IMG/VR virus record: IMGVR_UViG_3300028591_000006
Location: 64,001-128,000 of that record
Strand: one strand, 5' to 3'
Length of the DNA: 64,000 bases
Origin: a virus
Taxonomy: Duplodnaviria > Heunggongvirae > Uroviricota > Caudoviricetes
Within the stretch, counting starts at the first letter, position 1; each line of letters begins with the position of its first letter. The position numbers and the translations under genes were made by a program. Shown here in pieces: positions 46,106-55,077 of the stretch. The notes beneath the pieces were generated by a model. The model saw nothing but the letters and a program-made list of their open reading frames with translations, did not search any database and was not told the origin of the DNA.

Positions 46106-47095
46106 CTATTGTCTGAGCATAAAATGAAATCCATTGTATTCAATCATAGGTGAGTTATCTTTACGATAATATGCACTCGCTACAGCCACTCCACCATCAC
46201 CAACACTCATTGGTGATATAAGTGTTCCATCTTCATATCCAGTCACGTTGCAGCCATTATATTTTGACTTCTTCTTTTTCTTCTTAAGACCGGCTGTAAC
46301 TTTATATTTGAATCCATCACCGGCATCCTCCCACCCATCATCAACAGAAATATCAGTAACATTACTTTCTTCATTCTGCTGAGTATTTACTTCTTCTGTT
46401 TCTGTATATTCAGTTTCTTTTGTTTCTTCAGGTTTTTCCTGGATACCGGCAAGTTTATTATAAGCTGCAAGGGCATCTTCACCCTTATCAAAGAAATCTG
46501 CTTTCAAAGTACGATATTCATTTCCATTACGGTAAAGTTTCCAAACAGAGAATTTCTTATCAGCCGGATTTCCTGCAAGAACGGCATAGTAACCACCGGT
46601 AAGTCCACCAATACGCTGAACCTTTCCGACTTTTGCACGACTGAATCCTTTCTGTTTGCGAATCCAGTTCTGAGCATCTTCTGGGGAAATAATGTCTGCG
46701 ACCCATTTACCGGCTTCCTTTACCTTATTTCCAACTTTCTGAGCAGCTTTACCAGTTGCCCTTGCCTTATCTACAATTCCATATTTAATTTTGCCAAGCG
46801 GATTAAATGAAAGGATTAAAGAGGAATTTATGACTGTAGAAAACAACTTCTTCAGAACGTCATTACTTATTACATCACCTTCAGAATATTCAGGAATAAG
46901 GTTCAGATTGTCGTCTATCTCGATTATTTCATAACTTCCATTTCCCATTCCGATAGCATAAAGCTCAGTATATATTCCTTTGTCGGTTAAGATAACATCA
47001 ATATCATTTCCTTTAACTTCGATTCCATTAAGTGATTCATCTTCTGTTTTCAGAAAGGCTGCGATTGCTGATGGTATTGTTCCAGTAATAGTCAT
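46106..47095 (-). CDS. Late protein, unknown function (possible head cargo)
   Basis: TVINSS motif, acidic/basic tail; late promoter 47112-47121. Confidence 0.6.
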   Translation of the reverse strand: MTITGTIPSAIAAFLKTEDESLNGIEVKGNDIDVILTDKGIYTELYAIGMGNGSYEIIEIDDNLNLIPEYSEGDVISNDVLKKLFSTVINSSLILSFNPLGKIKYGIVDKARATGKAAQKVGNKVKEAGKWVADIISPEDAQNWIRKQKGFSRAKVGKVQRIGGLTGGYYAVLAGNPADKKFSVWKLYRNGNEYRTLKADFFDKGEDALAAYNKLAGIQEKPEETKETEYTETEEVNTQQNEESNVTDISVDDGWEDAGDGFKYKVTAGLKKKKKKSKYNGCNVTGYEDGTLISPMSVGDGGVAVASAYYRKDNSPMIEYNGFHFMLRQ

Positions 47096-47123
47096 AAATT
47101 ACCTCTATGAGAAATATATAAAT

Positions 47124-47723
47124 TCATGAAATATTATTACCATTCATAAACTTGAGTAATGTTACTCTCGATACATTCAGTCTTTTTGCTACACTCGATT
47201 TACTCATACCATCTTTCCTCATTCGTCTTATAACACCTTCCATTCCACTCAATTTATATTTGCACGGTTTCTGTCCTTTCTTTCGTCCAATCTGCTTACC
47301 TGACTTTCTTGCATTTTCCATCCCCATTTTAGTTCTTTCTGAGATAAGATTACGTTCTATCTCAGCACTTAATCCAAAAGCAAAAGCAAGAACCTTAGAC
47401 TGTATATTGTCACCTAATTCATATCCTTCTTTTATTGCAATAACTTTTACACCTTTGTTTAATAATATTTGAAGCGTGTCCAATATCATCATTAAAGAAC
47501 GACCAAGACGTGATAATTCTGTAATAACAATTAAATCACCTTTTTGAACAATGTTGATAAGTTCTCCAAGTTTACGTTTAGACGGGTCTTTTGTACCACT
47601 AATATTTTCCGAAATAAAGATGAGATTATAGATACGATGATACCTACAATAGTTCTTGATAGCAAGTTTCTGATTATCCGTAGTCTGCATTGGTGTGCTG
47701 ACTCTTACATAAGCATAGTTCAT
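47124..47723 (-). CDS. Serine recombinase (resolvase/invertase family) with C-terminal HTH
   Basis: YAYVRVST..Q...NQ, E.ISG, GD.I..TELSRLGRS, E.ER.LI.ERT..G. Confidence 0.95.
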   Translation of the reverse strand: MNYAYVRVSTPMQTTDNQKLAIKNYCRYHRIYNLIFISENISGTKDPSKRKLGELINIVQKGDLIVITELSRLGRSLMMILDTLQILLNKGVKVIAIKEGYELGDNIQSKVLAFAFGLSAEIERNLISERTKMGMENARKSGKQIGRKKGQKPCKYKLSGMEGVIRRMRKDGMSKSSVAKRLNVSRVTLLKFMNGNNIS

Positions 47724-47787
47724 AATTTTTTACTCCTAATTTTTATGATAATTTAATTATAACACAAAATAAAATAATGTAAATTAC

Positions 47788-47812
47788 AAACGACCGCTTT
47801 GAATGTACAAGG
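47788..47812 (+). repeat. Crossover site 1
   Basis: AAACGACCGCTTTGAATGTACAAGG. Confidence 0.9.
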
Positions 47813-48043
47813 TGATATGGTTCTGACTTTGCCGGAATACTCGATTGGCAAGATAGATTGACCACATCAAGTTTAACCGGTATATCTATAGACCCTCTAC
47901 CTGAAACAAATAGACTTTCAACGGAAGCGAGGTACATTAATAGTACCGATACAAATAGACCATACACTGACTCTAATGATGATAATTCTTTTGAAAATCG
48001 ACCAAAAAACCTTACCATAAGGATTTGGAGACGCATAAGATAA
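47799..48043 (+). pseudogene. Silent cassette 1 (short, frameshifted)
   Basis: LNVQGDMV frame stops at 47859-47861; the conserved C-terminus ENRPKNLTIRIWRR is in another frame. Confidence 0.65.
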
Positions 48044-48523
48044 CTAAGCCTTTCTTCTCCAAATCTTAATTGTTAAATTCTTTGGTCTACATTCTTGAAC
48101 TGTAGCGTTACCGTTATATTCGGTATAACTACGGTCAACGTATTGTGTACCGTTCCACACTACAGCACCGTCAGTATAAGGTTTACCTTGAAAATTGTTG
48201 TTACCATAATCGTAATGACACCATCCAGACCAATTTCCCCACCAATGAGTATGGTCATTTATGGTATGTGAATGGTAACCATCTTCAGATGTGCTCGGAG
48301 TAGCTACTATAGTACCTGTACCGCAACCTTCATCATAAGAAACACCAGCACCTTGAGCATCTTGATTACGACCATAATAGGAATGGCTATGACTACCAGC
48401 ACCACTCATTCCCCTATCCGAACATCCACCCGTAGTACCTTCACTCCAATGTTTATGGTCCATATAATGTTGATGCCACATTCCATGATTATGATAACCA
48501 TTTTGATAACCTTGTACATTCAA
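48044..48523 (-). CDS. Silent cassette 2 (His-rich fibre tip, no own start)
   Basis: TTG-NVQ at site 2; HxH motifs; ends RPKNLTIKIWRR. Confidence 0.85.
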   Translation of the reverse strand: MNVQGYQNGYHNHGMWHQHYMDHKHWSEGTTGGCSDRGMSGAGSHSHSYYGRNQDAQGAGVSYDEGCGTGTIVATPSTSEDGYHSHTINDHTHWWGNWSGWCHYDYGNNNFQGKPYTDGAVVWNGTQYVDRSYTEYNGNATVQECRPKNLTIKIWRRKA

Positions 48524-48534
48524 AGCGGTCGTTT
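48510..48534 (-). repeat. Crossover site 2
   Basis: Exact reverse complement of site 1 (25 bp). Confidence 0.9.
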
Positions 48535-48539
48535 AGAAT

Positions 48540-48549
48540 TTATATATTT
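48540..48549 (+). promoter_or_regulatory. Late promoter motif on the central invertible segment
   Basis: TTATATATTT 31 nt upstream of ATG 48581. Confidence 0.7.
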
Positions 48550-48580
48550 GTAAACTCAATATTCTTTGGAGATTTAAGTT

Positions 48581-49324
48581 ATGGCTGTAGATAATGAAGT
48601 TCGTAACATTGATTTATTCGGTAATCTTTTGTCACTCAAACAGGATATTTTCGACGCAGTTCACCCTATTGGTGAAACTTATACGCAATATCCACAGCAA
48701 GACCCGCCTGCAACAGTTTATAATAAAAACGGAATTACTTCCGAATGGGAAACAATAAATGATTATGATGGTGCGTTCTTCAGAGCAGAAGGAACAAACG
48801 CAAACCCCTTTACAGAAAAAGGGACCGCTTTGAATGTACAGAATGATATGGTGAGAAGTCATAATCATTATAACGCTCATGTACATTATATAGACCATAA
48901 GCATTGGACAGAAGGTACGAGTGGTGGATGTAGTGACCGAGGTACTGATACTACAGGTTGGCATGAACATGGTTTGGTATTGCGTTGTGGTGATGGAACC
49001 GGTAATTATGGTGTTAACAACGTTATGGTTGATGATGGTGACCTAGTTGATTCAAAAGGATTAATAGGTGGTAATTATGCGAGTGGAGCAGGTAGTCATA
49101 GTCATACTATAAATGACCATACACATTGGTGGGGAAATTGGTCTGGATGGTGTCATTACGATTATGGTAATAACTATTTTACAGGACGACCATATTGTGA
49201 TGGTCCGGTAGTATGGGATGGTACGCAATATGTTGATAGAAGTTGGACGGATTCAAACGATAATAATGCTATTGAAAACCGTCCAAAGAACTATACTATA
49301 AAGATTTGGAAGCGTACAAACTAA
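48581..49324 (+). CDS. Expressed fibre-tip protein: constant N-terminus plus cassette 3
   Basis: HPIGETYTQ..GAFFR collar-like N-terminus; HxH-rich variable part; ends RPKNYTIKIWKR. Confidence 0.85.
   Translation: MAVDNEVRNIDLFGNLLSLKQDIFDAVHPIGETYTQYPQQDPPATVYNKNGITSEWETINDYDGAFFRAEGTNANPFTEKGTALNVQNDMVRSHNHYNAHVHYIDHKHWTEGTSGGCSDRGTDTTGWHEHGLVLRCGDGTGNYGVNNVMVDDGDLVDSKGLIGGNYASGAGSHSHTINDHTHWWGNWSGWCHYDYGNNYFTGRPYCDGPVVWDGTQYVDRSWTDSNDNNAIENRPKNYTIKIWKRTN
48823..48840 (+). repeat. Crossover site 3 (in the coding sequence)
   Basis: GACCGCTTTGAATGTACA 18-bp core, reads T-A-L-N-V-Q. Confidence 0.9.
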
Positions 49325-49803
49325 GCAGTTCTTTTCCAGATTCTAAATGTTAAATTCTTTGGTCTTGTTTCTGTACTACCGGTATCGTCTGTATTGTCTT
49401 TATTGATATAATAACCTGCGTTACTCCAAACTTGTGCTTGATTTGTGTAATTATCACCCCACCAAGTAGCCCAATTATCATTGGTATGATAACAAGTATA
49501 GTCAGTCCATACTCTACCACCACCTGTAGAATTGTTGCTAGGTCCACCTGAATTACCATAATAGTCACTTACAGATACAGATACGGGGTAGTTTGTAAAA
49601 TAATCAGAACCACAAGGTATTACACCCTCACCCGAAGTATTTACACCTATAGCACAACTACCACTAGCACCATGTCCGTGATTTATACTATGAGTATGAT
49701 TAGATAAATCATGTTGATGGTCCATATGATGTCCATGAGAAAATTCGTGTCTGTGTTGCATTCCATGATGATGTGACTGAACAGTTTGACCTTGTACATT
49801 CAA
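49321..49803 (-). CDS. Silent cassette 4 (His-rich fibre tip)
   Basis: TTG-NVQ at site 4; HxH array; ends RPKNLTFRIWKR. Confidence 0.85.
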   Translation of the reverse strand: MNVQGQTVQSHHHGMQHRHEFSHGHHMDHQHDLSNHTHSINHGHGASGSCAIGVNTSGEGVIPCGSDYFTNYPVSVSVSDYYGNSGGPSNNSTGGGRVWTDYTCYHTNDNWATWWGDNYTNQAQVWSNAGYYINKDNTDDTGSTETRPKNLTFRIWKRTA

Positions 49804-49814
49804 ATCGGTCGTTT
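49790..49814 (-). repeat. Crossover site 4
   Basis: AAACGACCGATTTGAATGTACAAGG, 1 mismatch to site 1. Confidence 0.9.
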
Positions 49815-49853
49815 ATATTTTACAGAAACATAACATTTTCTATAATTAAAAAT

Positions 49854-50396
49854 ATGATTGGAAAATATAAGAAATTATACGAAACTGAACGTCAGGTTAA
49901 ACTAAACTTACAGCAAACACTTGCAAATGTAATCAAAGACAACGAAAAACTTCGTTTCGAATTGTCCGAGATATCTAAGCGTATCGGTTTACGAAACTTT
50001 ACAGAACTTCTGGATGAAGTTGAACACGAATTTAATCTTGAACAGGAAAACAACAGATTAAAATTAGAATGTATAACATGCGTCTACACAGATAGTCCAT
50101 GCGTCCTTTCAGATTACGGAAAAGATAAAAACGGAATATGTGACCATTTCAAAAGCGTATTTCAGGAAAATGCAGAACTGAATGAAATAATTAAAAAACT
50201 TAAGGTTGATTATGACACCTGGTATTCCGCAGAAAATCCACCTAAGAATAATATGGAACAGGTAATTGCGGAAGATGATTATGGTACTATTCTCATGGCT
50301 TGGTATTGTGTACATAAAAAGAAATGGTACAATAACGAATGTCCTGACCCGGATGATGAAATTACGGTTGTGCGTTGGAAGAAACTGAAAATATAG
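49854..50396 (+). CDS. Hypothetical protein (coiled coil, Cys cluster, DUF551-like tail)
   Basis: W.S.E.PP....V...W...TVVRWKK C-terminus. Confidence 0.6.
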   Translation: MIGKYKKLYETERQVKLNLQQTLANVIKDNEKLRFELSEISKRIGLRNFTELLDEVEHEFNLEQENNRLKLECITCVYTDSPCVLSDYGKDKNGICDHFKSVFQENAELNEIIKKLKVDYDTWYSAENPPKNNMEQVIAEDDYGTILMAWYCVHKKKWYNNECPDPDDEITVVRWKKLKI

Positions 50397-50422
50397 CTCT
50401 CAGACGCTAATAGATTAAAAAT

Positions 50423-50480
50423 AACAAGGGTATCTGAGTGAAATAGTGTTATTACACTACCAACTCAAAATACCCTTGTT
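50423..50480. terminator. Long interrupted hairpin between convergent genes
   Basis: AACAAGGGTAT/ATACCCTTGTT outer stem with two inner stems. Confidence 0.55.
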
Positions 50481-50492
50481 TTTCACGTTCTA

Positions 50493-51860
50493 TTAACGAG
50501 TTATATCTGCTGCACTGTTTCTTGTCAAAGTTTCCTGATTTCCATCATATTCAAAGCTGATAAATGAATCACCGTATGTAACCATGTAGTTCATAAAGTC
50601 TACATAACTTCCACCCTGATTTCTTGGAATAATGTTATACAGTCCTGTCGCTGTGATTTCCTTTGTGCTGTAGAATGTCAGCCCAGTGTTAGTTCCTGTA
50701 TAAGCGTAAAGGCTTATATTCGCAGCAGTAACATTTACAGTAACCTGAAGATTACTGAATCCGTCATAGCCGCTGTCAGGATTTACTGTAAGAGTGGTGT
50801 TGTTGTTAATTGTTACTGATTTACCTGTCTGTAATCTATTTACCGGAACGTTTGTATGAACTAATACAGAATTGAGCAGCTTATCACCGTCAGCAGTAAT
50901 CATTGTGTCACCGTTTTCGGTAATTGTAAGTTCTTTATCCTGGTCCGGAACAACATTGACGTGAACTTCTTCCATAGCAACATAGTCAGGATTAATCGGT
51001 CGTATAACTGTTTCACCGGAAGTCTTAATCGCTTCATAACGAGTATGCTCAACCGGAATAGTTACATCAACATTAACTTCAACTTCCTTAGTTGCGTCAT
51101 ATCCGTCTGAAGGAATGATTGTGTGAGTTCCGTTAGAAGTTATCTCAGCTACAGTTTTATCCTCAATAATTGGTGCATGTGGTGCGTCTTCGCTTTCCGT
51201 TACAAAGTTACAAACGAAATCCTCTTTCATTACATAACCATTTATTGTTGATACAAGTCCTGTTATCTTTAATGTATAAGATTTTACATAATCAAGAATA
51301 GTATCCGGATAAACTGTAAGAATACCACCTGTGCTGTCTTTAAGAATTGTACAAGGTGTTGTATCAATAGTTGCTATGGCATTATCAATGTTTACCGGAA
51401 GATTGGTTTTAAGGATGAATACAGGATTGACGGGAGCTGCTGATACAGTACCTACCTGAAGTGCAACATCATTAACCTCAACATAAATTGGAAGTGGTGC
51501 TGGTGGATTTACAGGTTCATCCGGAATGAATGGTTTTGGTGCAATATCAAAAGTAATCTCGTCTACAAAAGAATTATATTCACCGTCTACAAAAGCATCC
51601 CAATAAATCATAACCTTACGGGATAATGTTGTATTGGTAACGGTCTTAATGTTGGGAAGTGTGAGTATGACATTACTTGCAGGTGTGAGTGGAATTTTAT
51701 AAAGATTGTCTACAACAGACCAGCTCTCTTTATCATTATTAAGTGCAAGTAATGAGTAAGATACTTTGGTTGGAATATAATAGATTCCGGCACTGTCACG
51801 GAATCCGAGATTTACCTTTACAGTAGAACCTTCATTAGGTGTGTTATTTAATCTAATCAT
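50493..51860 (-). CDS. Virion structural protein with Ig-like domain and about 37-aa repeats
   Basis: Repeats IT.NG...I.P..GYD...EV.VNV; late operon. Confidence 0.65.
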   Translation of the reverse strand: MIRLNNTPNEGSTVKVNLGFRDSAGIYYIPTKVSYSLLALNNDKESWSVVDNLYKIPLTPASNVILTLPNIKTVTNTTLSRKVMIYWDAFVDGEYNSFVDEITFDIAPKPFIPDEPVNPPAPLPIYVEVNDVALQVGTVSAAPVNPVFILKTNLPVNIDNAIATIDTTPCTILKDSTGGILTVYPDTILDYVKSYTLKITGLVSTINGYVMKEDFVCNFVTESEDAPHAPIIEDKTVAEITSNGTHTIIPSDGYDATKEVEVNVDVTIPVEHTRYEAIKTSGETVIRPINPDYVAMEEVHVNVVPDQDKELTITENGDTMITADGDKLLNSVLVHTNVPVNRLQTGKSVTINNNTTLTVNPDSGYDGFSNLQVTVNVTAANISLYAYTGTNTGLTFYSTKEITATGLYNIIPRNQGGSYVDFMNYMVTYGDSFISFEYDGNQETLTRNSAADITR

Positions 51861-51999
51861 AATCTAAGACCTCTAAATAATTGAATTCTTCTGCGGCAAT
51901 AACTAATGAAGAATCATATACTTCATCAGCATTGTTCTGTGTTACTGTTAGAAATGCTTTTGACTTTACGACATTAAGGTCGTTCTCAACTAATTCCAT
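51853..51999 (-). CDS. 48-aa leaderless ORF
   Basis: Hand-translated; ATG 4 nt after late promoter motif; overlaps next gene start. Confidence 0.5.
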   Translation of the reverse strand: MELVENDLNVVKSKAFLTVTQNNADEVYDSSLVIAAEEFNYLEVLDYD

Positions 52000-52087
52000 A
52001 TTAAAATATATAAAAAGAAAAGAACCCTACCTCGTAATTGAGATAGGGTTTTGTTTTAACAATATTTTAATTATTCTATTTTCTCCT

Positions 52088-53359
52088 TTATACTAATCTG
52101 TATCTAGCCCATACCCAAACAGTTGAACTAGGTATAAGTCCTCCACCCCATCCTTCTACACGGCAATACCACTGATTGTAAACGTTCTGTTGTGGAATAC
52201 ACATATAGTCTCCATTTATTTGTCCTTGACCATCAGTTGTCCAAGCGTGTACGGCTATTACTTCACTACGCCCATCTGGTACACCTATGTTACCCATATA
52301 GAAACAACTGTTTGCATCCAAAGTAACTGTTGTGTTAGAAATATCAATTACTTCACCTGCACTCATTTTCCAATCAGTCCATTGAGCAGAAGATGGAGAT
52401 ACTGTATTTGGATTGATACATCGTCTAGTATATACTCTACCACCTGTATCTAAAATTTTCTGGAAAATCCATTGTGTTGAACTAGATGCTACGTCTGTGT
52501 TGGAACCTTTTACTTCCAGAATACCATAAAATCCTGCATGTGGTGTGTTGATTGTATTGCTACTGATAGTGTAGATACCTGGGTTGACAACAATATTGCA
52601 GTCTGCAGCAATTATGTTATTATTCAATATGGTCGGCATAATAAACCAATCATTATTTACTCTTGATACTGCATAAGAGTTCGCTCTACCTTGCTCGTTG
52701 TCAATTACTACTGTACCATTCAATGTAATTGGTGAAGTAGCTTGACTTACAGTAATGCTATAATGACCATGTGTTTTACCTAAACGTAAGAAACTACCTA
52801 CATAAGTATTTACGCCAAGTCCTATAAGTTGATTACACAATGCTTTTATATCATTATAAACATTATCTGTACCAGTCGCTCTATAATCATATTTTATAAC
52901 AGTATCACTCTTTGCTACAAGCTGATTGCTTGAACTTGCATTAGCCGGAATCTTGCCATTGATTGCGGTAATGTCCTGTTTGTTTAACGCAATCTGTGCC
53001 TCGTCAAGCTGAGCTGTTTCATCGGTCATAAGTTTGAAAGCTGACCAATTAAATGGAACATCAACTGTTGCACTGTTTAAATTCCATATATTTACAACAA
53101 AACTGTTTAGAGTTTTGGCTAAAACTGTAAACAGAATACCGCCTGTGGAAATGGTGCTAAAATTAAGTACGTAATCTGTATCTGGCATTGGAGTAACGAA
53201 AGTAATTTCTCTATCAGCATAAGCACCAGGACTAATAGAACTAATTGTTTCACTCCCGCTCTGTTGTAATGTAACGCTAGGTACTAATTCGCCAGACACG
53301 CCGTTGAGACCGGCAATATGTGTTTCGTTTCCTTGATTATCTCTGTATAAAAGGCTCAT
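52088..53359 (-). CDS. Tail fibre/adhesin-like protein (type A)
   Basis: MSLLY..N.G.E.HIAGLNG N-terminus shared with 53877 gene; gp53-like/H-lectin-like module, pyocin-knob-like module. Confidence 0.65.
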   Translation of the reverse strand: MSLLYRDNQGNETHIAGLNGVSGELVPSVTLQQSGSETISSISPGAYADREITFVTPMPDTDYVLNFSTISTGGILFTVLAKTLNSFVVNIWNLNSATVDVPFNWSAFKLMTDETAQLDEAQIALNKQDITAINGKIPANASSSNQLVAKSDTVIKYDYRATGTDNVYNDIKALCNQLIGLGVNTYVGSFLRLGKTHGHYSITVSQATSPITLNGTVVIDNEQGRANSYAVSRVNNDWFIMPTILNNNIIAADCNIVVNPGIYTISSNTINTPHAGFYGILEVKGSNTDVASSSTQWIFQKILDTGGRVYTRRCINPNTVSPSSAQWTDWKMSAGEVIDISNTTVTLDANSCFYMGNIGVPDGRSEVIAVHAWTTDGQGQINGDYMCIPQQNVYNQWYCRVEGWGGGLIPSSTVWVWARYRLV

Positions 53360-53370
53360 TTTCTATCTCC

Positions 53371-53862
53371 TTAATCTGTGGTTTTAGTGTATTCAATGAT
53401 AAATTTCCATGTTGTTGTAGAACCAACTAATTCACCATCTGCAAAAAGGGCAAGAACGGAACCGTCGTTCCTAATAAGTGACAGAACTGTGATATCATTT
53501 CGATATGTGTTTACCGGCACCGTATACATAGAACCCGAACAAGTTCCTTCGAATTTCACACAGGTATCAATCGACAATGCTGAAATATCAACGTTTTTCT
53601 GTGTACCTTTCTCTGAAGATTCAATGATAACTTTCCTATAAATCGGTTTACCATCAATCCAATGCTTACCCGTATCAGTTTCTTCTGTTGAGTAATCATC
53701 CTTGTTCTTCCAATCGTCTGTAATACACACCATTACGTTATTCGGGATAGTATGATTAGCGACTGCAATTGTATGAGCTGCACGGGTTCCGACCCACATC
53801 CTTACACCACTTGATAATGTGGTTAATTCTCCTGTGTCCTCAGACACTTTATTTACTGACAT
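53371..53862 (-). CDS. Tail fibre-associated protein (type B)
   Basis: MSV......TGEL.T..SG.R.WVGTR shared with 54521 gene; YST.E..TG..WIDGKPIYRK. Confidence 0.65.
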   Translation of the reverse strand: MSVNKVSEDTGELTTLSSGVRMWVGTRAAHTIAVANHTIPNNVMVCITDDWKNKDDYSTEETDTGKHWIDGKPIYRKVIIESSEKGTQKNVDISALSIDTCVKFEGTCSGSMYTVPVNTYRNDITVLSLIRNDGSVLALFADGELVGSTTTWKFIIEYTKTTD

Positions 53863-53876
53863 ATTCCAATTCCTCC

Positions 53877-54503
53877 TTATTCTGTTTGATATGAATACTC
53901 TATGTGTGCTCTACAATCTGTACCCAGTGGTGGAGTACCATATCCAATACTCAAACTTACGACATTAGTATCATGTGACAATACGGATGTTCTTGAAAAC
54001 TGTGCAGACTCCGTTCCCGTATACCATGCTATTGTTGTATCAGTGTTACGTCCTTTGTTTACAGGTAAGCCTGTTGCTAAGGTAGAGAGTTCATTAACCC
54101 CATCATAAACAACGTCACCAGAAACAATTACAAGTTTTCCAATTTTGAAACATCTTAAATTACCAGAAATAGATGGACCTAAAGTTGGAGTTATAACCTG
54201 TACAAAATCATACACAGCATTACTTGTAACAGGATTCATATCACCATCAGTAACCGCATCCACCACGATAGGAACACCACTTGCAACATCATCAGTGATA
54301 TTTGCGATTCCGTACTGTGCCTTCTGCTCAAGGCTGAGGCTATTCCATTCATTCCTTGTTCCGGTAAATGTAAGCTGGTCACGTGTCTGGCTAACCTCGC
54401 CATTCTGAACAATTACGCCTTTACCGGAAACGAGGTCTGCCTGTCCATTAAGACCGGCTATATGTTCTTCTGTTCCGTTATCTTTATAAAAAAGTAAACT
54501 CAT
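53877..54503 (-). CDS. Tail fibre/adhesin-like protein (type A')
   Basis: Paralogous N-terminus; NPVTSNAV module; ..KIGKLVIV C-terminal domain. Confidence 0.65.
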   Translation of the reverse strand: MSLLFYKDNGTEEHIAGLNGQADLVSGKGVIVQNGEVSQTRDQLTFTGTRNEWNSLSLEQKAQYGIANITDDVASGVPIVVDAVTDGDMNPVTSNAVYDFVQVITPTLGPSISGNLRCFKIGKLVIVSGDVVYDGVNELSTLATGLPVNKGRNTDTTIAWYTGTESAQFSRTSVLSHDTNVVSLSIGYGTPPLGTDCRAHIEYSYQTE

Positions 54504-54520
54504 ATCTCGTTTCCTCCAAT

Positions 54521-55009
54521 TTAATCACAGATGTATGTAGCACTTCCGTAGAACGTTGTGTTACCCTGTGTATATCCACCGATTGCCTCAAGTCCTTTAG
54601 AACTGTCATTACGCAATGTCAAATGCTGATGCTTTGAACTTTCAGCTTCAACAGATGTGAGAGCAATTGTAAAGTCTGCTGCAGGTCTAGGAAGTCCTGT
54701 TGCTACAGTTACATTACCCGGCAATGAAGGGTTGTCTACGAAAACTACACCTGTGAATTTTACCATAGCAATCTTTCCGTATCGAACGTATGAGATTGTT
54801 CCATTTGAAATATAATCTGCATTGAGTGTGGCGTTTCCGGTTGTTGTTTCCTGTCCGCCATCATCTGTAATACAAATCATTGTGTTTCCGGGAATAGAAC
54901 CGTTCAGTTTTGCGGCATTATACGCATCACGGGTTCCGACCCAATAGCGTGTTCCGCTTGCTGTGGTTACGAGTTCTCCGGTTAATTTATTGACTGTACT
55001 TACTGACAT
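54521..55009 (-). CDS. Tail fibre-associated protein (type B')
   Basis: Paralogous N-terminus; RYGKIA.V..TGLPRP C-terminal domain. Confidence 0.65.
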   Translation of the reverse strand: MSVSTVNKLTGELVTTASGTRYWVGTRDAYNAAKLNGSIPGNTMICITDDGGQETTTGNATLNADYISNGTISYVRYGKIAMVKFTGVVFVDNPSLPGNVTVATGLPRPAADFTIALTSVEAESSKHQHLTLRNDSSKGLEAIGGYTQGNTTFYGSATYICD

Positions 55010-55077
55010 ATAAATCTCCTTTTATTTGAGTTTGTTAAAAGAACTGCCATTTCTGACAGCCCTTTTAAGTTTATACA

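Larger units (their letters stand above)
47788..49814. mobile_element. Multi-cassette invertible locus (shufflon) of a fibre-tip gene
   Basis: Four recombination-site copies in alternating orientation next to serine recombinase; each precedes a cassette starting LNVQ. Confidence 0.88.

Noticed and set aside
53781-54943. 16-bp dyad CACGGGTTCCGACCCA as a second recombinase site
   Set aside because: Direct orientation, unrelated to shufflon sites, and explained by paralogous coding (WVGTR)
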